From the NCBI GenBank assembly GCA_031962025.1, contig JAVRKW010000001.1: a stretch of 64,000 bases of DNA. One strand, given 5' to 3'. The first letter of the stretch is position 1. Each line of letters starts with the position of its first letter. The position numbers and the translations under genes were made by a program. Shown here piece after piece: positions 52,706-63,175 of the stretch. A model generated the notes under the pieces. That model saw only the letters and a program-made list of their open reading frames with translations, did not search any database and had not been told where the DNA came from. The DNA comes from Pseudothermotoga sp. (GTDB lineage: Bacteria > Thermotogota > Thermotogae > Thermotogales > DSM-5069).

Positions 52706-53460
52706 ATAGAATCATCTTAGCCGGTAACTGGAAAATGAATAAAACCAATGAGCAAGCCAAATTTTTCGTCAACAAACTCGCTCAGGACCTGGCGGGCATG
52801 AATTTTAAAATAGTGCTATGCCCGCCTTTTGTTTGTCTTTCTGACGTTGCAGAAATACTCAAAAAAAGCAATCTGTACCTTGGTGCACAGAATTGTCATT
52901 ACGAAAAATCTGGTGCTTTCACAGGTGAGATTTCTCCTGTAATGTTAAAAGAACTGAATGTTGAGTATGTGATCATCGGTCATTCTGAGCGCCGTCATAT
53001 CTTTGGTGAGACAGATGAAATAATCAACAAAAAAATCAGAGCTGTACTCAGCAATGGCATGAAGCCAATTATATGTGTCGGTGAGACTAAGGAAGAAAGA
53101 GAAAAAGGATTGACCTTCTGTGTTGTTGAATCTCAGATCAGACAAGCTCTTTTTGGCTTGAGCAAAGATGATGTTAAAAAGGTCGTGATAGCCTATGAAC
53201 CAGTCTGGGCAATTGGAACGGGAATAGTTGCAAAGCCATACCAAGCACAGCAGGTGCATTTGTTCATACGAAGATTGCTTGAACAGCTCTATGATCAAGA
53301 ACTTGCTCAACAGATACCCATTCTGTACGGAGGAAGCATTAAACCCGAAAACTTTCTTGGATTGATGGTTCAGCCAGACATCGATGGCGGTCTGGTGGGT
53401 GGAGCAAGTCTTGATGATCAGTTTGTTGAACTTGCAAAAATAGTCTCCTGGTTAATATAA
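52702..53460 (+). CDS. tpiA: Triosephosphate isomerase (no independent start; C-terminal part of the PGK-TIM fusion)
   Basis: AGNWKM upstream of the first [37 protein letters not shown]. Confidence 0.93.
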   Translation: MDRIILAGNWKMNKTNEQAKFFVNKLAQDLAGMNFKIVLCPPFVCLSDVAEILKKSNLYLGAQNCHYEKSGAFTGEISPVMLKELNVEYVIIGHSERRHIFGETDEIINKKIRAVLSNGMKPIICVGETKEEREKGLTFCVVESQIRQALFGLSKDDVKKVVIAYEPVWAIGTGIVAKPYQAQQVHLFIRRLLEQLYDQELAQQIPILYGGSIKPENFLGLMVQPDIDGGLVGGASLDDQFVELAKIVSWLI

Positions 53461-53463
53461 ACG

Positions 53464-53492
53464 AGCAAGCCCCTTAATGGGGCTTGTTTTTA
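53464..53492. terminator. Intrinsic terminator between convergent tpi and comB
   Basis: AGCAAGCCCC-ttaat-GGGGCTTGTT-TTT. Confidence 0.85.
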
Positions 53493-54161
53493 TTCAATCA
53501 CAAAACGATTTTTGACAAAGATCGGTGCAATGCTGTACAAATCTTTTTGAGCGCAGAATGCGACATCCAGTGAAAATCCATATTCAACAAGCTCCTGTGC
53601 GTGCCGCGATTTAAGGAGCAATTTTGAAAGATCGCTGTTCTTTGATTGTTCCCATAATTCTTTTGATATTCTCGCTCCATCTGTTAGTTCATTGTTGCTC
53701 AATTCATAGACAATTGCGCCTGCACACAGTACATCTTCGTACGCAATCTTTCCTTCCTGCCCAGAGCATACAACCGTCACATGCTCATATTTTTTCAATT
53801 TCTCAACCACAGCGTGCAAGTTTAAAAAGCAGGCTGCATACAACCTTTGCGAATTGATCATGGATATAGCTTTCGTGCCGTTCGTTGTTGTCAGAACGAT
53901 TTCTCTATTTCTTACATTCAGATACTCTCTTGGTGAATTACCAAGGTCAAACCCTTCTGGCTTCACTCCGCCTCTTTCACCACAGATTAAAGTTTTTTCT
54001 GTTTTTCTTCTCTTAGCCTCAGATATAGTTTTGACAGGTATTACACATTCAGCACCATTTGCAAGTGCTGTAACGATAGTACTTGTTGCTCTCAAAACAT
54101 CTACAACGACACAGACGTGTTGTTGTGACACAGGCTCTGGTAGAAACAAGACATCGATCAA
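53490..54161 (-). CDS. comB: 2-phosphosulfolactate phosphatase family
   Basis: VVVDVLRATSTI, GERGG, GNSP, TTTNGT, EDVLCAG. Confidence 0.92.
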   Translation of the reverse strand: MIDVLFLPEPVSQQHVCVVVDVLRATSTIVTALANGAECVIPVKTISEAKRRKTEKTLICGERGGVKPEGFDLGNSPREYLNVRNREIVLTTTNGTKAISMINSQRLYAACFLNLHAVVEKLKKYEHVTVVCSGQEGKIAYEDVLCAGAIVYELSNNELTDGARISKELWEQSKNSDLSKLLLKSRHAQELVEYGFSLDVAFCAQKDLYSIAPIFVKNRFVIE

Positions 54162-54398
54162 CTATCTCACTCCAAGAAGTTTGTCTATCTTTGCCTTGTC
54201 AAAACCAATCACAAGCTGGTTACCTATTTCTACAACGGGAACACCGGTCTGACCTGTTCTCCTAACAAGTTTCTCTGCATCCTTCTGGCTTTTTGACACA
54301 TCAATCTCTGTGAATTTTAAGCCGAGTTCTCTGAGATAATTCTTCACCTTGACACAATAGGGACAACCCGGTGCGGTGTAAACTGTTATCTTGTACAT
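54162..54398 (-). CDS. Glutaredoxin-like protein (NrdH/YruB type)
   Basis: CPYC, GVPV, IGFD. Confidence 0.9.
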   Translation of the reverse strand: MYKITVYTAPGCPYCVKVKNYLRELGLKFTEIDVSKSQKDAEKLVRRTGQTGVPVVEIGNQLVIGFDKAKIDKLLGVR

Positions 54399-54448
54399 TC
54401 ATCCACCTCCGACAAATATTGTACCATTTTTGTCGGAATTTTCAACAC

Positions 54449-55126
54449 TTATTTTTTTATATCGTCTCTTATGGACTGTATACTGTTTGCATCCAGATAA
54501 ACGCGTTGATATGTCTTTCCATCAACAACGATCTGTATTGGTTTATCGGTGATAGCTTCAGGATAGTAATATCTCAGTGCGTTTCTCTGCAACTCGTACA
54601 TCAACTTTGCAAGGCTGGCGGGAGTAAAAGTTGTCTCTGGTTTTAATGCCAATATCCATCGCTTGAAAGACAGATAATCAAAGGCTTTTGGATTTCTGTT
54701 CGATAATTTTTTCAGAAGATTTTCGAAATTATCTTCCTTCTGACCAACAACTTCCTTTGAGAACTTTGAGAGCTGTTCTTTGCTCACAACGGCGTAATAT
54801 CTCTTACTCGAGGTTGATTCAATCATCGCTTCTGCAAAGCTGAAAACCTCTAAGGGATTTTGTACATCCAAAACCCTGTTAGTCAACGGGTTAAAAGAGT
54901 ACTGTGGAAATCTCAAGATGTATATCATTCTCTTATTCGTATCAACGCGTACAAAATAAGCTACATTATCATCCTTGCATACAAAAGCAAAATGAACAGT
55001 TTCAGCTCTGAATTCTTCTGAGTTCTTAATGGCATTTGAACTCAGCAAAAACCACAGACTAAAGCCTGTAACGACAATAACAGCTACTAACAAAAACCAC
55101 AAAAGACCACTTCTTCTTCTTTTCAC
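54449..55126 (-). CDS. Hypothetical single-pass membrane protein (distantly LCP-like)
   Basis: Basic N-terminus plus one TM helix, then an extracytoplasmic domain. Confidence 0.6.
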   Translation of the reverse strand: MKRRRSGLLWFLLVAVIVVTGFSLWFLLSSNAIKNSEEFRAETVHFAFVCKDDNVAYFVRVDTNKRMIYILRFPQYSFNPLTNRVLDVQNPLEVFSFAEAMIESTSSKRYYAVVSKEQLSKFSKEVVGQKEDNFENLLKKLSNRNPKAFDYLSFKRWILALKPETTFTPASLAKLMYELQRNALRYYYPEAITDKPIQIVVDGKTYQRVYLDANSIQSIRDDIKK

Positions 55127-55141
55127 AGTCTCACGCCTCCT

Positions 55142-56002
55142 TTATGATCTTTGCCATATTATCTTACCCTTATCAACACAAAACTGTACCAGACTGTTTT
55201 TCTTTAGCCAGTTTAGATAAGCCAGCACCGTCATTCTAAAAAGATAATACATGCCCGTGGAATCAATTTGCAAGTTTTGAATCATTTCACTGATCAGAGT
55301 TTCCTCGCTCTTTGGCCTTTCCAAGAAAGTGTAGATCTTCTGTGCTGTGAATTCTATGTGCGATTTGTTCAAAGAAACAAGATCAGTATCATCAATTGAT
55401 CCATGTGATGGCACACAGCGATTGAAGCCTTTAAGCCTTTCAAGTGACTTGAGAGCTGCATCTATATCACTGTAAACAACAATACCTTTCTTTTGTAGAA
55501 TCTGAGCTCCAAAGATCGCATCAGCAGCAAAAATCAAACCGTCCAGAGCCAACCCGATCTGACCCGGTGCATGACCTGGTAGTTCTATTATATGTACATC
55601 GTTGAAAAAACAATCGCCTTCGAATGTAACATCTACCTTTGAAGGTTCTGCCAGGAAGAATTTTGATCTCAGTTCATCAGGAGGGTTTGCCCCGCAATAT
55701 AAACTCAGCGGCTCAAGAATAGGGAACTCAACAAATGGTTTTGTCAAAAGATGTGTGAGAATCTGGACTTGAATCTTTTTTTGCATAAAAGCATTGCCAC
55801 CTATGTGATCTGCGTGAAAATGCGTGTTAACAAGCCATCTCAATCTCAGACCGTTCTCACAGATTATCTTCAAAGCTTTGCGCGCATAAGATTCATCTAT
55901 ACCAGAGTCTATCAGCATGACATCGCTTGAAAATCTTATCAATCCAAGGTTTGTTCTGTCACTCAGAACACCTAATCTGTCGTTGAACCATATCAGTTCC
56001 AA
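55142..56002 (-). CDS. Metallo-beta-lactamase fold hydrolase
   Basis: LIDSG, THFHADHIGG, PGHAPG, AAD, PSHG. Confidence 0.9.
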   Translation of the reverse strand: MELIWFNDRLGVLSDRTNLGLIRFSSDVMLIDSGIDESYARKALKIICENGLRLRWLVNTHFHADHIGGNAFMQKKIQVQILTHLLTKPFVEFPILEPLSLYCGANPPDELRSKFFLAEPSKVDVTFEGDCFFNDVHIIELPGHAPGQIGLALDGLIFAADAIFGAQILQKKGIVVYSDIDAALKSLERLKGFNRCVPSHGSIDDTDLVSLNKSHIEFTAQKIYTFLERPKSEETLISEMIQNLQIDSTGMYYLFRMTVLAYLNWLKKNSLVQFCVDKGKIIWQRS

Positions 56003-56583
56003 TCAGAATCTTCCTTCCTCAGTCTTACCAACCAGTTCCACATGCTCACAGTTTCAGGTAGGATGAATAAACCTTTTTTGATCGCGTACAGTATTTTGTT
56101 CTGCGTTACCAAAAAAAGTGCCTGGTCTAAATCCTGCTTTGCAACCTGCCTGAGCCAGTCGACATTGTCGTAGATTCTGTTTTCCTCAAGCGAATCTGAC
56201 AAAAAAACGATCTTTCCAATATCCGAAAGATTCTTTTTGCCACTTGTGTGGTATGCTATGGCTTGTAGAATTTCTCGATCATTCAGGTTAAATCTTCTTT
56301 TGACAAATTCCGCTGCCACCTTACCGTGTAAAAGTATCGGGTTCAACCTTTCAAGTTTTGTGATTCTAATTTTGTATGCAGCAGCCATCTTCAAAAGCAC
56401 ATCTGTTTTTATATCCCTGAAGATATCGTGTGCAAATCCAGCAATTGCCACACGATCTTCATCTACTCTATAAATTTTTGCAAGTTGCACGGCAAAGTCC
56501 ACACAAGATTTGACATGCAAAAAACGCTTGTCGCTGAGCAACAACTTGGAAATTCTGTGTAGTTCCTGAAGAACCTGGTTCAT
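55993..56583 (-). CDS. yqeK: YqeK family HD hydrolase (Ap4A hydrolase)
   Basis: RFLH, AHD, LLHGKVAA, AIAYHT, SDSLEENR. Confidence 0.88.
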   Translation of the reverse strand: MNQVLQELHRISKLLLSDKRFLHVKSCVDFAVQLAKIYRVDEDRVAIAGFAHDIFRDIKTDVLLKMAAAYKIRITKLERLNPILLHGKVAAEFVKRRFNLNDREILQAIAYHTSGKKNLSDIGKIVFLSDSLEENRIYDNVDWLRQVAKQDLDQALFLVTQNKILYAIKKGLFILPETVSMWNWLVRLRKEDSDWN

Positions 56584-56584
56584 C

Positions 56585-56866
56585 TCACCAACCTTCTTTT
56601 TCAACCTCAACTATCTCAAGACCGTGAGTATTTTCTATCAACGCCGTTAAATCCTCAATCACGGCATCAAGCACATTTTGTGCTGGCGAAACGATCGCAA
56701 CTCCCAGCTCTGACCATGTTTTTGAGTCATTGTATCCAGTCTCACATACAGATGCATTGAACTTTGTTCTGATTTCATTGATTAGTTTTTTCAGCAATGA
56801 GCGTTTTTCTTTGAGACTGGATATGCCAAACAACCTCAGTTTGTAATTCAAAACAGCTACGTGCAT
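56585..56866 (-). CDS. DUF503 (YlxP) family protein
   Basis: SLKEKRS, KFNASVCE. Confidence 0.88.
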   Translation of the reverse strand: MHVAVLNYKLRLFGISSLKEKRSLLKKLINEIRTKFNASVCETGYNDSKTWSELGVAIVSPAQNVLDAVIEDLTALIENTHGLEIVEVEKEGW

Positions 56867-56878
56867 TCAAAATCACCT

Positions 56879-56902
56879 TAAAAATTGGGGGGAAATCCCC
56901 CC
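56879..56902 (-). terminator. Hairpin/terminator after the EF-G paralog
   Basis: GGGGGGA-tt-TCCCCCC followed by AATTTTT on the minus strand. Confidence 0.6.
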
Positions 56903-56906
56903 TTTG

Positions 56907-58967
56907 TCATGCATTTTGACTTTCTTGCTTTCTTTCCTGAATGATCTTTTCCTGAATATTGGCTGGTACCTCTTGATAGCGTACGAACTTCATCGTGAAG
57001 TACCCACGACCACTTGTAATACCTGATAGCCTGCCAGAGAAATCGAGCATTTCTGCCAGAGGAACCTCTGCTTTTACCTTTGACATACCCCTTCCTATTG
57101 ATTCCATACCCTGTGGTCTACCCCTTCTGCTTGTTACCTCACCTATGACATCTCCTGCAACTTCGTCTGGACAAAAGATTTCCACTTCCATTATTGGCTC
57201 AAGTAGAACCGGTTTTGCATCCTCCATTCCTTTTCTAAAAGCCTGGATTGCAGCAATCTGGAATGAGATATCAGATGAATCGACTTCGTGATAGGATCCA
57301 TCGAAAAGCGTAACACGAACATCTACAACCGGGTATCCTGCAACAGAGCCTCTCTTCATTGCCTCAACTATGCCTTTTTCAACAGAAGGAATGAAATTCT
57401 TCGGTATGACTCCACCGAATATTTTGTCAACAAACTCAAAACCAGCACCTCTTGGAAGTGGTTCCAGCTCGATCTTGACATGCCCGTACTGTCCATGCCC
57501 ACCGGTTTGCTTTTTGTGTTTGTATTCAGCAACAGCCTTTTTGGAAATCGTTTCCCTGTAAGCGATCTTTGGCTTGCCAACATCTACATCGACGCCAAAG
57601 ATGCTCTTTAATCTCTCTATCATCACATCCAGATGGATTGTCCCAAGCCCGGATACAACCGTTTCGCCAGTCTCAGGATCATACTCCCACTTGAAAGTGG
57701 GGTCGGTTTCTGCTAAGCGCGACAAACCATTGCTGATTTTATCTATATCGGCTTTGGATTTTGGATTAACAGATCGTGAGAACATCGGTTCTGGAAATTC
57801 AGGGGGTATTATGGTCAGTTTTCGATCTTTATGGGTAAATGTTTCACAGACGGAACCTTCCTTGAGTTTTGGTAAGACTACTATATCACCAATTGTGGCT
57901 TGGTCTATTTCAATCTGTTCCTTTCCGCGAGCCAAGTAAATACGACCAAACTTGTCAGAAGTACCTCTATTGGCGTTGAAGTAACCATCCTGTGGTTTTA
58001 TAGTGCCGGCGATCACCTTTACATAGCTCACACGACCAACAAATGGATCAACGACGGTCTTAAAGTTGTACGCACAGAATGGTTCAGTTTCACTCACATT
58101 GATGCTTACTTTTTCCCCGGACTCCAGTTTTGCTTCGTATGGGGCACTATCTAATGGACTTGCGCCGAGTTTGGTTATGTAATTCATCAAAATATCAACA
58201 CCGATATTTTTTTCGGCTGAACCACAGAAAACAGGAACAACTAAACCTGTCTTATAGGCTTTCAACAGTGCATCGGTCAATTCCTGTGGCTGGATCTGCT
58301 GACCTTCCAGGTATTTTTCCATAAGAGAATCGTCTGATTCAACAATATCTTCGACTGCTTTCAATTTCATTTCCTTGACCTTCTGTAACATTGAAGAAGG
58401 TATTGCAGTCTCATTTACCTTGCCGTTTTCGTACACATAGGCTTTTTCGGCAACAAGATCAACAACACCGTGAAATTCTGATTCACTTCCTATTGGCAAA
58501 GCCAACGCAACTATCTTTTTATTGAATGCCGTTTTAAGAGCACGCAGAGTGTTTTCGAAATCTGCTCTTTCTTTATCCATTTGATTCACAAAAACCATGA
58601 TAGGTTTGTTCATGCTTTCGGCAATCTGCCAGGTTCTCTCTGTTTGTATTTCAACACCGGCAACTGCGTTGACCACGCTCAAAACATTTTCACACACAAA
58701 AACACTGTTTAAAACATCTGCTATAAAATCACCAAAACCTGGAGTGTCAATGACTGTCAATCTGTGGTCGTTCCAGTCAAAAGAAAAAATGTGAGAAGAA
58801 ATACTCGATCCTTTTGATTCCTCAATGGGATCTGTGTCAATTAATTTGGAGCTTATTCGGTCAAAAATTCCAACATCAAAAAGCATCGCCGAAAGAAGAA
58901 GTGTCTTTCCACAGCCGTTATGCCCTATCAGTGCAATGTTTCTTTTTTTATCAACCGGTCTGTTCAT
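56907..58967 (-). CDS. fusA2: Elongation factor G paralog (EF-G2)
   Basis: GHNGCGKT, DTPGFGDF, KKQTGGHGQYG, GSYHEVDSS; divergent G2/G4 motifs. Confidence 0.9.
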   Translation of the reverse strand: MNRPVDKKRNIALIGHNGCGKTLLLSAMLFDVGIFDRISSKLIDTDPIEESKGSSISSHIFSFDWNDHRLTVIDTPGFGDFIADVLNSVFVCENVLSVVNAVAGVEIQTERTWQIAESMNKPIMVFVNQMDKERADFENTLRALKTAFNKKIVALALPIGSESEFHGVVDLVAEKAYVYENGKVNETAIPSSMLQKVKEMKLKAVEDIVESDDSLMEKYLEGQQIQPQELTDALLKAYKTGLVVPVFCGSAEKNIGVDILMNYITKLGASPLDSAPYEAKLESGEKVSINVSETEPFCAYNFKTVVDPFVGRVSYVKVIAGTIKPQDGYFNANRGTSDKFGRIYLARGKEQIEIDQATIGDIVVLPKLKEGSVCETFTHKDRKLTIIPPEFPEPMFSRSVNPKSKADIDKISNGLSRLAETDPTFKWEYDPETGETVVSGLGTIHLDVMIERLKSIFGVDVDVGKPKIAYRETISKKAVAEYKHKKQTGGHGQYGHVKIELEPLPRGAGFEFVDKIFGGVIPKNFIPSVEKGIVEAMKRGSVAGYPVVDVRVTLFDGSYHEVDSSDISFQIAAIQAFRKGMEDAKPVLLEPIMEVEIFCPDEVAGDVIGEVTSRRGRPQGMESIGRGMSKVKAEVPLAEMLDFSGRLSGITSGRGYFTMKFVRYQEVPANIQEKIIQERKQESQNA

Positions 58968-58990
58968 CTCTCCACCTCCAACTTCATTTG

Positions 58991-60631
58991 TTATTTTTTC
59001 AAAACAAGTAAAGAAACTGGTATTGCTCTTGTCCAGGCAGCAGGGGTTTTGCTAACCACCTGATCTTTGATGACCATTACCGACGAACTTCCTCCGTCGA
59101 AGTTCATGGCAGAATAAAACCCTTTATTCATGCAGAATTCAACTAAGTCATCGTAGTTCACACCTCCAGAACCATTTTGATCATTTATCACCGCCAGAAC
59201 TACTCTGCCATCTGAAAGTGTTGCAAGAAGCGTTCTTGTAGCATTGCTTCGAGCTATGTTACCACCATACCGGTTCTTCTCATCATTTCTGTCTGGTATT
59301 GGTGCACCCGCATATAGAATCAAAGGTCCAGCCTCAACAGCGTGTTTTATTGGGTATGGAAAATCGGTGTTTATGACATATTCGACCTTATCACCAATCT
59401 GTATCCCTTGCAAATATCTCTCGTAGTTGCTGGATATTGCCAAGATATATCCGTCTTTTGGTGCTTTAGCGGACCAGCCATAGCCACTGACTTTCCCATC
59501 CACGACGTTGAAATAGATCATACCATCACGACGGGGTATTGTCATGCCAAATTCCGGTGTGAATATCAAGACCTCTCCCTGTGCCACCGTGTTTACACCT
59601 TTCACTAAAAAGAGCAACTGCCCGATTTTTATGTTCAGATCAAAATACATTCTCGCAATGTACACAGAACCAGATTTTGTCTGTACGAAAACAGGTCTGT
59701 TACCATAGGGCATGGACAGTATTTTGCCGTCAACGATCAACAGACCTATTGGAAGGCCAGTATTCGGATCAAAGTAATTTGCATTAATACCGGCTATAGC
59801 ACCTGTTCTTGCAACCATCTTCTCGACACTTTCAAAGGTCCCTATACCACCGCTGCTTATCTGTGGTTTCAATTCCACAAGACTTGGATCGATCCACAGA
59901 TAATTCACAAGCATATCCTTGCCACCGATCTTCTCGGTTTTTTGTTCCCACCAGACACCCTCGGCGAGTATTTCTTTACCAGCCTGTGGAAATCTCAAAC
60001 TCAGATTCACCGAACTCCCATCTACTTTAACGGCTACAGACGGCTCGACATCACTTTCGAGGGTGATTTCCAGGGAAGTTACATATTCAGCCTGGCTGAT
60101 CTTCACAGTGCTTGTTGAAGAAATGTTCGACAGACAGGGTGCGAGTTGAATTGAAACCTTTGATTTTTGTGTATTTATCTTCATCATTTCAACAAATGGG
60201 AATCCAAGAAAATTGAGTTTTAATTGATTTTGTGAAAAATCAACTGACGTGAGAATACAGACACTGTCCAGCAAAACCACTTGACCTGTTGCTGTCTGAT
60301 ATTTTTTGACTCCAAGGATTTTCGAGAGAAGATCCATATCTATCATCACTTTGTCTTTTGTGTAAATGGCACTTTTAGGGTAAGCATCAAGAAAATCTAC
60401 AAAGACGGTGCCATCTTTTTCAATGATCGTGATCTTTTTGTTGTATATGAAATAAGCTCTACCAGATTTTTCTGAGACAATGAATGAAGCTCCTATTTGA
60501 TCAATAGATTTGAGTTCGACATATCCGTTACTTTCCTGCAGTGTGGCAAAATTGCCGTTTATGCCAATCAGAATTTGAGACAAAGCCAGCGTACTCAGAA
60601 GGAGCACGCCAAGAACAGATATGATTCTCAT
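58991..60631 (-). CDS. Exported phosphodiester glycosidase (NAGPA/DUF2233) family protein
   Basis: Signal peptide; AIAGINANYF, AGPLIL, AMNFDGGSS. Confidence 0.85.
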   Translation of the reverse strand: MRIISVLGVLLLSTLALSQILIGINGNFATLQESNGYVELKSIDQIGASFIVSEKSGRAYFIYNKKITIIEKDGTVFVDFLDAYPKSAIYTKDKVMIDMDLLSKILGVKKYQTATGQVVLLDSVCILTSVDFSQNQLKLNFLGFPFVEMMKINTQKSKVSIQLAPCLSNISSTSTVKISQAEYVTSLEITLESDVEPSVAVKVDGSSVNLSLRFPQAGKEILAEGVWWEQKTEKIGGKDMLVNYLWIDPSLVELKPQISSGGIGTFESVEKMVARTGAIAGINANYFDPNTGLPIGLLIVDGKILSMPYGNRPVFVQTKSGSVYIARMYFDLNIKIGQLLFLVKGVNTVAQGEVLIFTPEFGMTIPRRDGMIYFNVVDGKVSGYGWSAKAPKDGYILAISSNYERYLQGIQIGDKVEYVINTDFPYPIKHAVEAGPLILYAGAPIPDRNDEKNRYGGNIARSNATRTLLATLSDGRVVLAVINDQNGSGGVNYDDLVEFCMNKGFYSAMNFDGGSSSVMVIKDQVVSKTPAAWTRAIPVSLLVLKK

Positions 60632-61920
60632 TCGATCACCCCAAGTAAAATCTCACGAGGTTTTACATTTTCATCGACGATTTCGTAGGCATCTTGTATC
60701 AATTTTATAGCCAGATCGACATCGCTTTTTTCAGACACATACATCAGAGCAACCGGTTCATCTTCCTGAATATGATCTCCTATTTTCTTTAGAACTTTTA
60801 TACCGACACTTGGATCGATGTGATCCTCTTTTTTTGATCTACCTGCTCCAAGTACTACTGAAGCAATTCCTACAGCTTCTGTGTTTATCTTGCTCACATA
60901 ACCGGATTTGTTCAGCCTGACCTCTACAACTTTTTTGCTCACCGGTAATAGATTGTAATTGTCTACAACGGCGGGATTTCCACCCTGTGCTTCAACAAAT
61001 CTTGCAAATCTTTCGAGGGCTTTTTCAGAAAAAATTTCATCCATGATCTGTTCTTCAGTCACATTTATATGGACAAGATCGAGTATCTCACGGCATATGC
61101 GAACACATAATTTTGTCAGATCTTCTGGTCCACGACCTTTAAGGGTATCTATAGCTTCGATTACTTCAAGAGAATTTCCCACCATTCTGCCAAGCGGCTG
61201 GTCCATGTCTGACAAAACCGCTTTAGCAAGTTTTCCAGATCTTTTGAGTATGTCTATCATCAGATATGCAAGTTCTTTGGCTTGATTTATATCTTTCAAA
61301 AACGCACCAGATCCTACTTTGACATCGAATAGTATGGCGTCGGCACCACCTGCGAGCTTCTTGCTGACAATGCTCGAAGCGATCAAAGAAATGTTATCAA
61401 CTGTAGCTGTCGTATCTCTGAGTGCATAGATCTTTTTATCTGCCGGTACAAGATTTCCGGTCTGACTTGCCACAGCAAATCCAATTTTCTTGACGATCTC
61501 GAAAAATTCCTTCTTTGTCAATTCCGTTCTCATGCCAGGTATCGATTCGAGTTTATCTATGGTTCCACCTGTGTGACCCAGCCCTCTGCCGGACATTTTG
61601 GGAATCTTGACTCCAAAACCAGCAACTAACGGAAGCACAACGAGTGTGGTTTTGTCACCAACACCACCGGTTGAATGCTTATCGACCTTAATACCTTCTA
61701 TCGATGATAGATCGAGCATCTCACCGGATTTTGCCATGCTCAAAGTCAGATCATAAGTTTCCCTCTGGTTCATACCTTTCAAGAAGATTGCCATGAGCAA
61801 AGCAGCCATTTGATAGTCCGGTATATTTCCAGAGACATACCCGTTCACGACGAATTCTATTTCCTGTGAAGTGAGTTCCAAACCATCTCTTTTTTTCTTT
61901 ATGATGTCATACATCCTCAT
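60628..61920 (-). CDS. pdp: Pyrimidine-nucleoside (thymidine) phosphorylase
   Basis: DKHSTGGVGDK, KMSGRGLGHTGGTIDKLE, SIVSKK, LGAGR. Confidence 0.95.
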   Translation of the reverse strand: MRMYDIIKKKRDGLELTSQEIEFVVNGYVSGNIPDYQMAALLMAIFLKGMNQRETYDLTLSMAKSGEMLDLSSIEGIKVDKHSTGGVGDKTTLVVLPLVAGFGVKIPKMSGRGLGHTGGTIDKLESIPGMRTELTKKEFFEIVKKIGFAVASQTGNLVPADKKIYALRDTTATVDNISLIASSIVSKKLAGGADAILFDVKVGSGAFLKDINQAKELAYLMIDILKRSGKLAKAVLSDMDQPLGRMVGNSLEVIEAIDTLKGRGPEDLTKLCVRICREILDLVHINVTEEQIMDEIFSEKALERFARFVEAQGGNPAVVDNYNLLPVSKKVVEVRLNKSGYVSKINTEAVGIASVVLGAGRSKKEDHIDPSVGIKVLKKIGDHIQEDEPVALMYVSEKSDVDLAIKLIQDAYEIVDENVKPREILLGVIE

Positions 61921-63172
61921 CGTTCTCAGTCCTTTTGATAGGTAATTTCACCGTAAAAGTCGTACCCACACCAAGTTCACTTTCCACAGAGATTTCTCCG
62001 TTATGCCGATCAACAATGGTTTTCACTATTGACAGCCCCAATCCAGAACCACCCATTTTTCTGCTGCGTCCCTTGTCGACTCTGTAAAATCTGTCGAATA
62101 TCCTGTTCAGAGCTTCCTGTGGCATACCCGGTCCAGTATCAGACACTTTTATAATCGCATGAGAATCAGATTTACTGATCGAAACTTTGACCTTCTTTTC
62201 ACCGGTATCTTTCAAAGACGTGTACTTTATTGCGTTGTCAACCAGATTCAAAAGCATCTGGATCAACCTGTCCTGATCTCCAGTGATTGTTACATCACGG
62301 CAATCAAAGCTGACTTTGACACCATAATCATTTGAAAGAGGCTCGACAATGGACATCACGTACTTTGCCACTGCGCACAAATCGACTTCTTGAAAATCAA
62401 ATCTTGCTTCACCGGATTCGAGGCGCTCTAAATCCAGAAGGTCGTTTATCAATCTTGACATTCTGGCGGATTCGTTCTCTATTATCGTGAGAAATCTGTT
62501 TCTTGTATCTGGATCCATTTCAGGATCGCTCAGAAGTGTTTCTGCATAGCCGTGTATAGAAGTGAGAGGAGTTCTGAGCTCATGAGAAACATTGGAAACG
62601 AATTCTCTTCTCATTTCGTTCAGCTCATATTCTTTTGTCATATCGTGGAAGAGTATGACCACTCTCTTTTCGCCTCTGGGTAAAAGAACGGGTATCATTT
62701 TACAGGAGAAATACCTTTTTTTACCTTCGACGTATATTATCACATTACCTTCCTGAACCTGCCAGCTCTTGACAGCTTCGTCAAACATTTCTATCAGATA
62801 ATAATCTTCCAGAGCTTCATAGATTTTCTTTGTCGTAACGATGGGTCGACTTATTTTCTGTGCGGCTGTGTTCGCAAAGAGTATTTCTCCGGTATTCCCA
62901 TCGACAAACAAAATTGGGTCGACTATGTTATCCAGCAAAGTCATCGTGTTTTCTCTGCTCTTTTGAGCCATGGCAAGTTCATCTTCCAGATTGGTTATGG
63001 TTTTGCGAAGTGTTTCCAGGACATAAGAAGGTGGCGAGTCATCTGGAACATTCACCAACTCCGCCACCCTGATGAAAAATCGTCTCAGGTTCTTAACCGT
63101 TCTGTCTCGAATCACAGCGTAGAAAAATACAAAAGCAGCAAATCCAGCTAAAGCTCCCAAGAAAACTGCCAC
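61907..63172 (-). CDS. PAS-domain sensor histidine kinase (PhoR/HpkA-like)
   Basis: One TM, PAS, NVSHELRTPL, NLVDNAIKY, RFYRVDKGRSR, GSGLGL. Confidence 0.93.
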   Translation of the reverse strand: MAVFLGALAGFAAFVFFYAVIRDRTVKNLRRFFIRVAELVNVPDDSPPSYVLETLRKTITNLEDELAMAQKSRENTMTLLDNIVDPILFVDGNTGEILFANTAAQKISRPIVTTKKIYEALEDYYLIEMFDEAVKSWQVQEGNVIIYVEGKKRYFSCKMIPVLLPRGEKRVVILFHDMTKEYELNEMRREFVSNVSHELRTPLTSIHGYAETLLSDPEMDPDTRNRFLTIIENESARMSRLINDLLDLERLESGEARFDFQEVDLCAVAKYVMSIVEPLSNDYGVKVSFDCRDVTITGDQDRLIQMLLNLVDNAIKYTSLKDTGEKKVKVSISKSDSHAIIKVSDTGPGMPQEALNRIFDRFYRVDKGRSRKMGGSGLGLSIVKTIVDRHNGEISVESELGVGTTFTVKLPIKRTENDEDV

Positions 63173-63175
63173 TTA

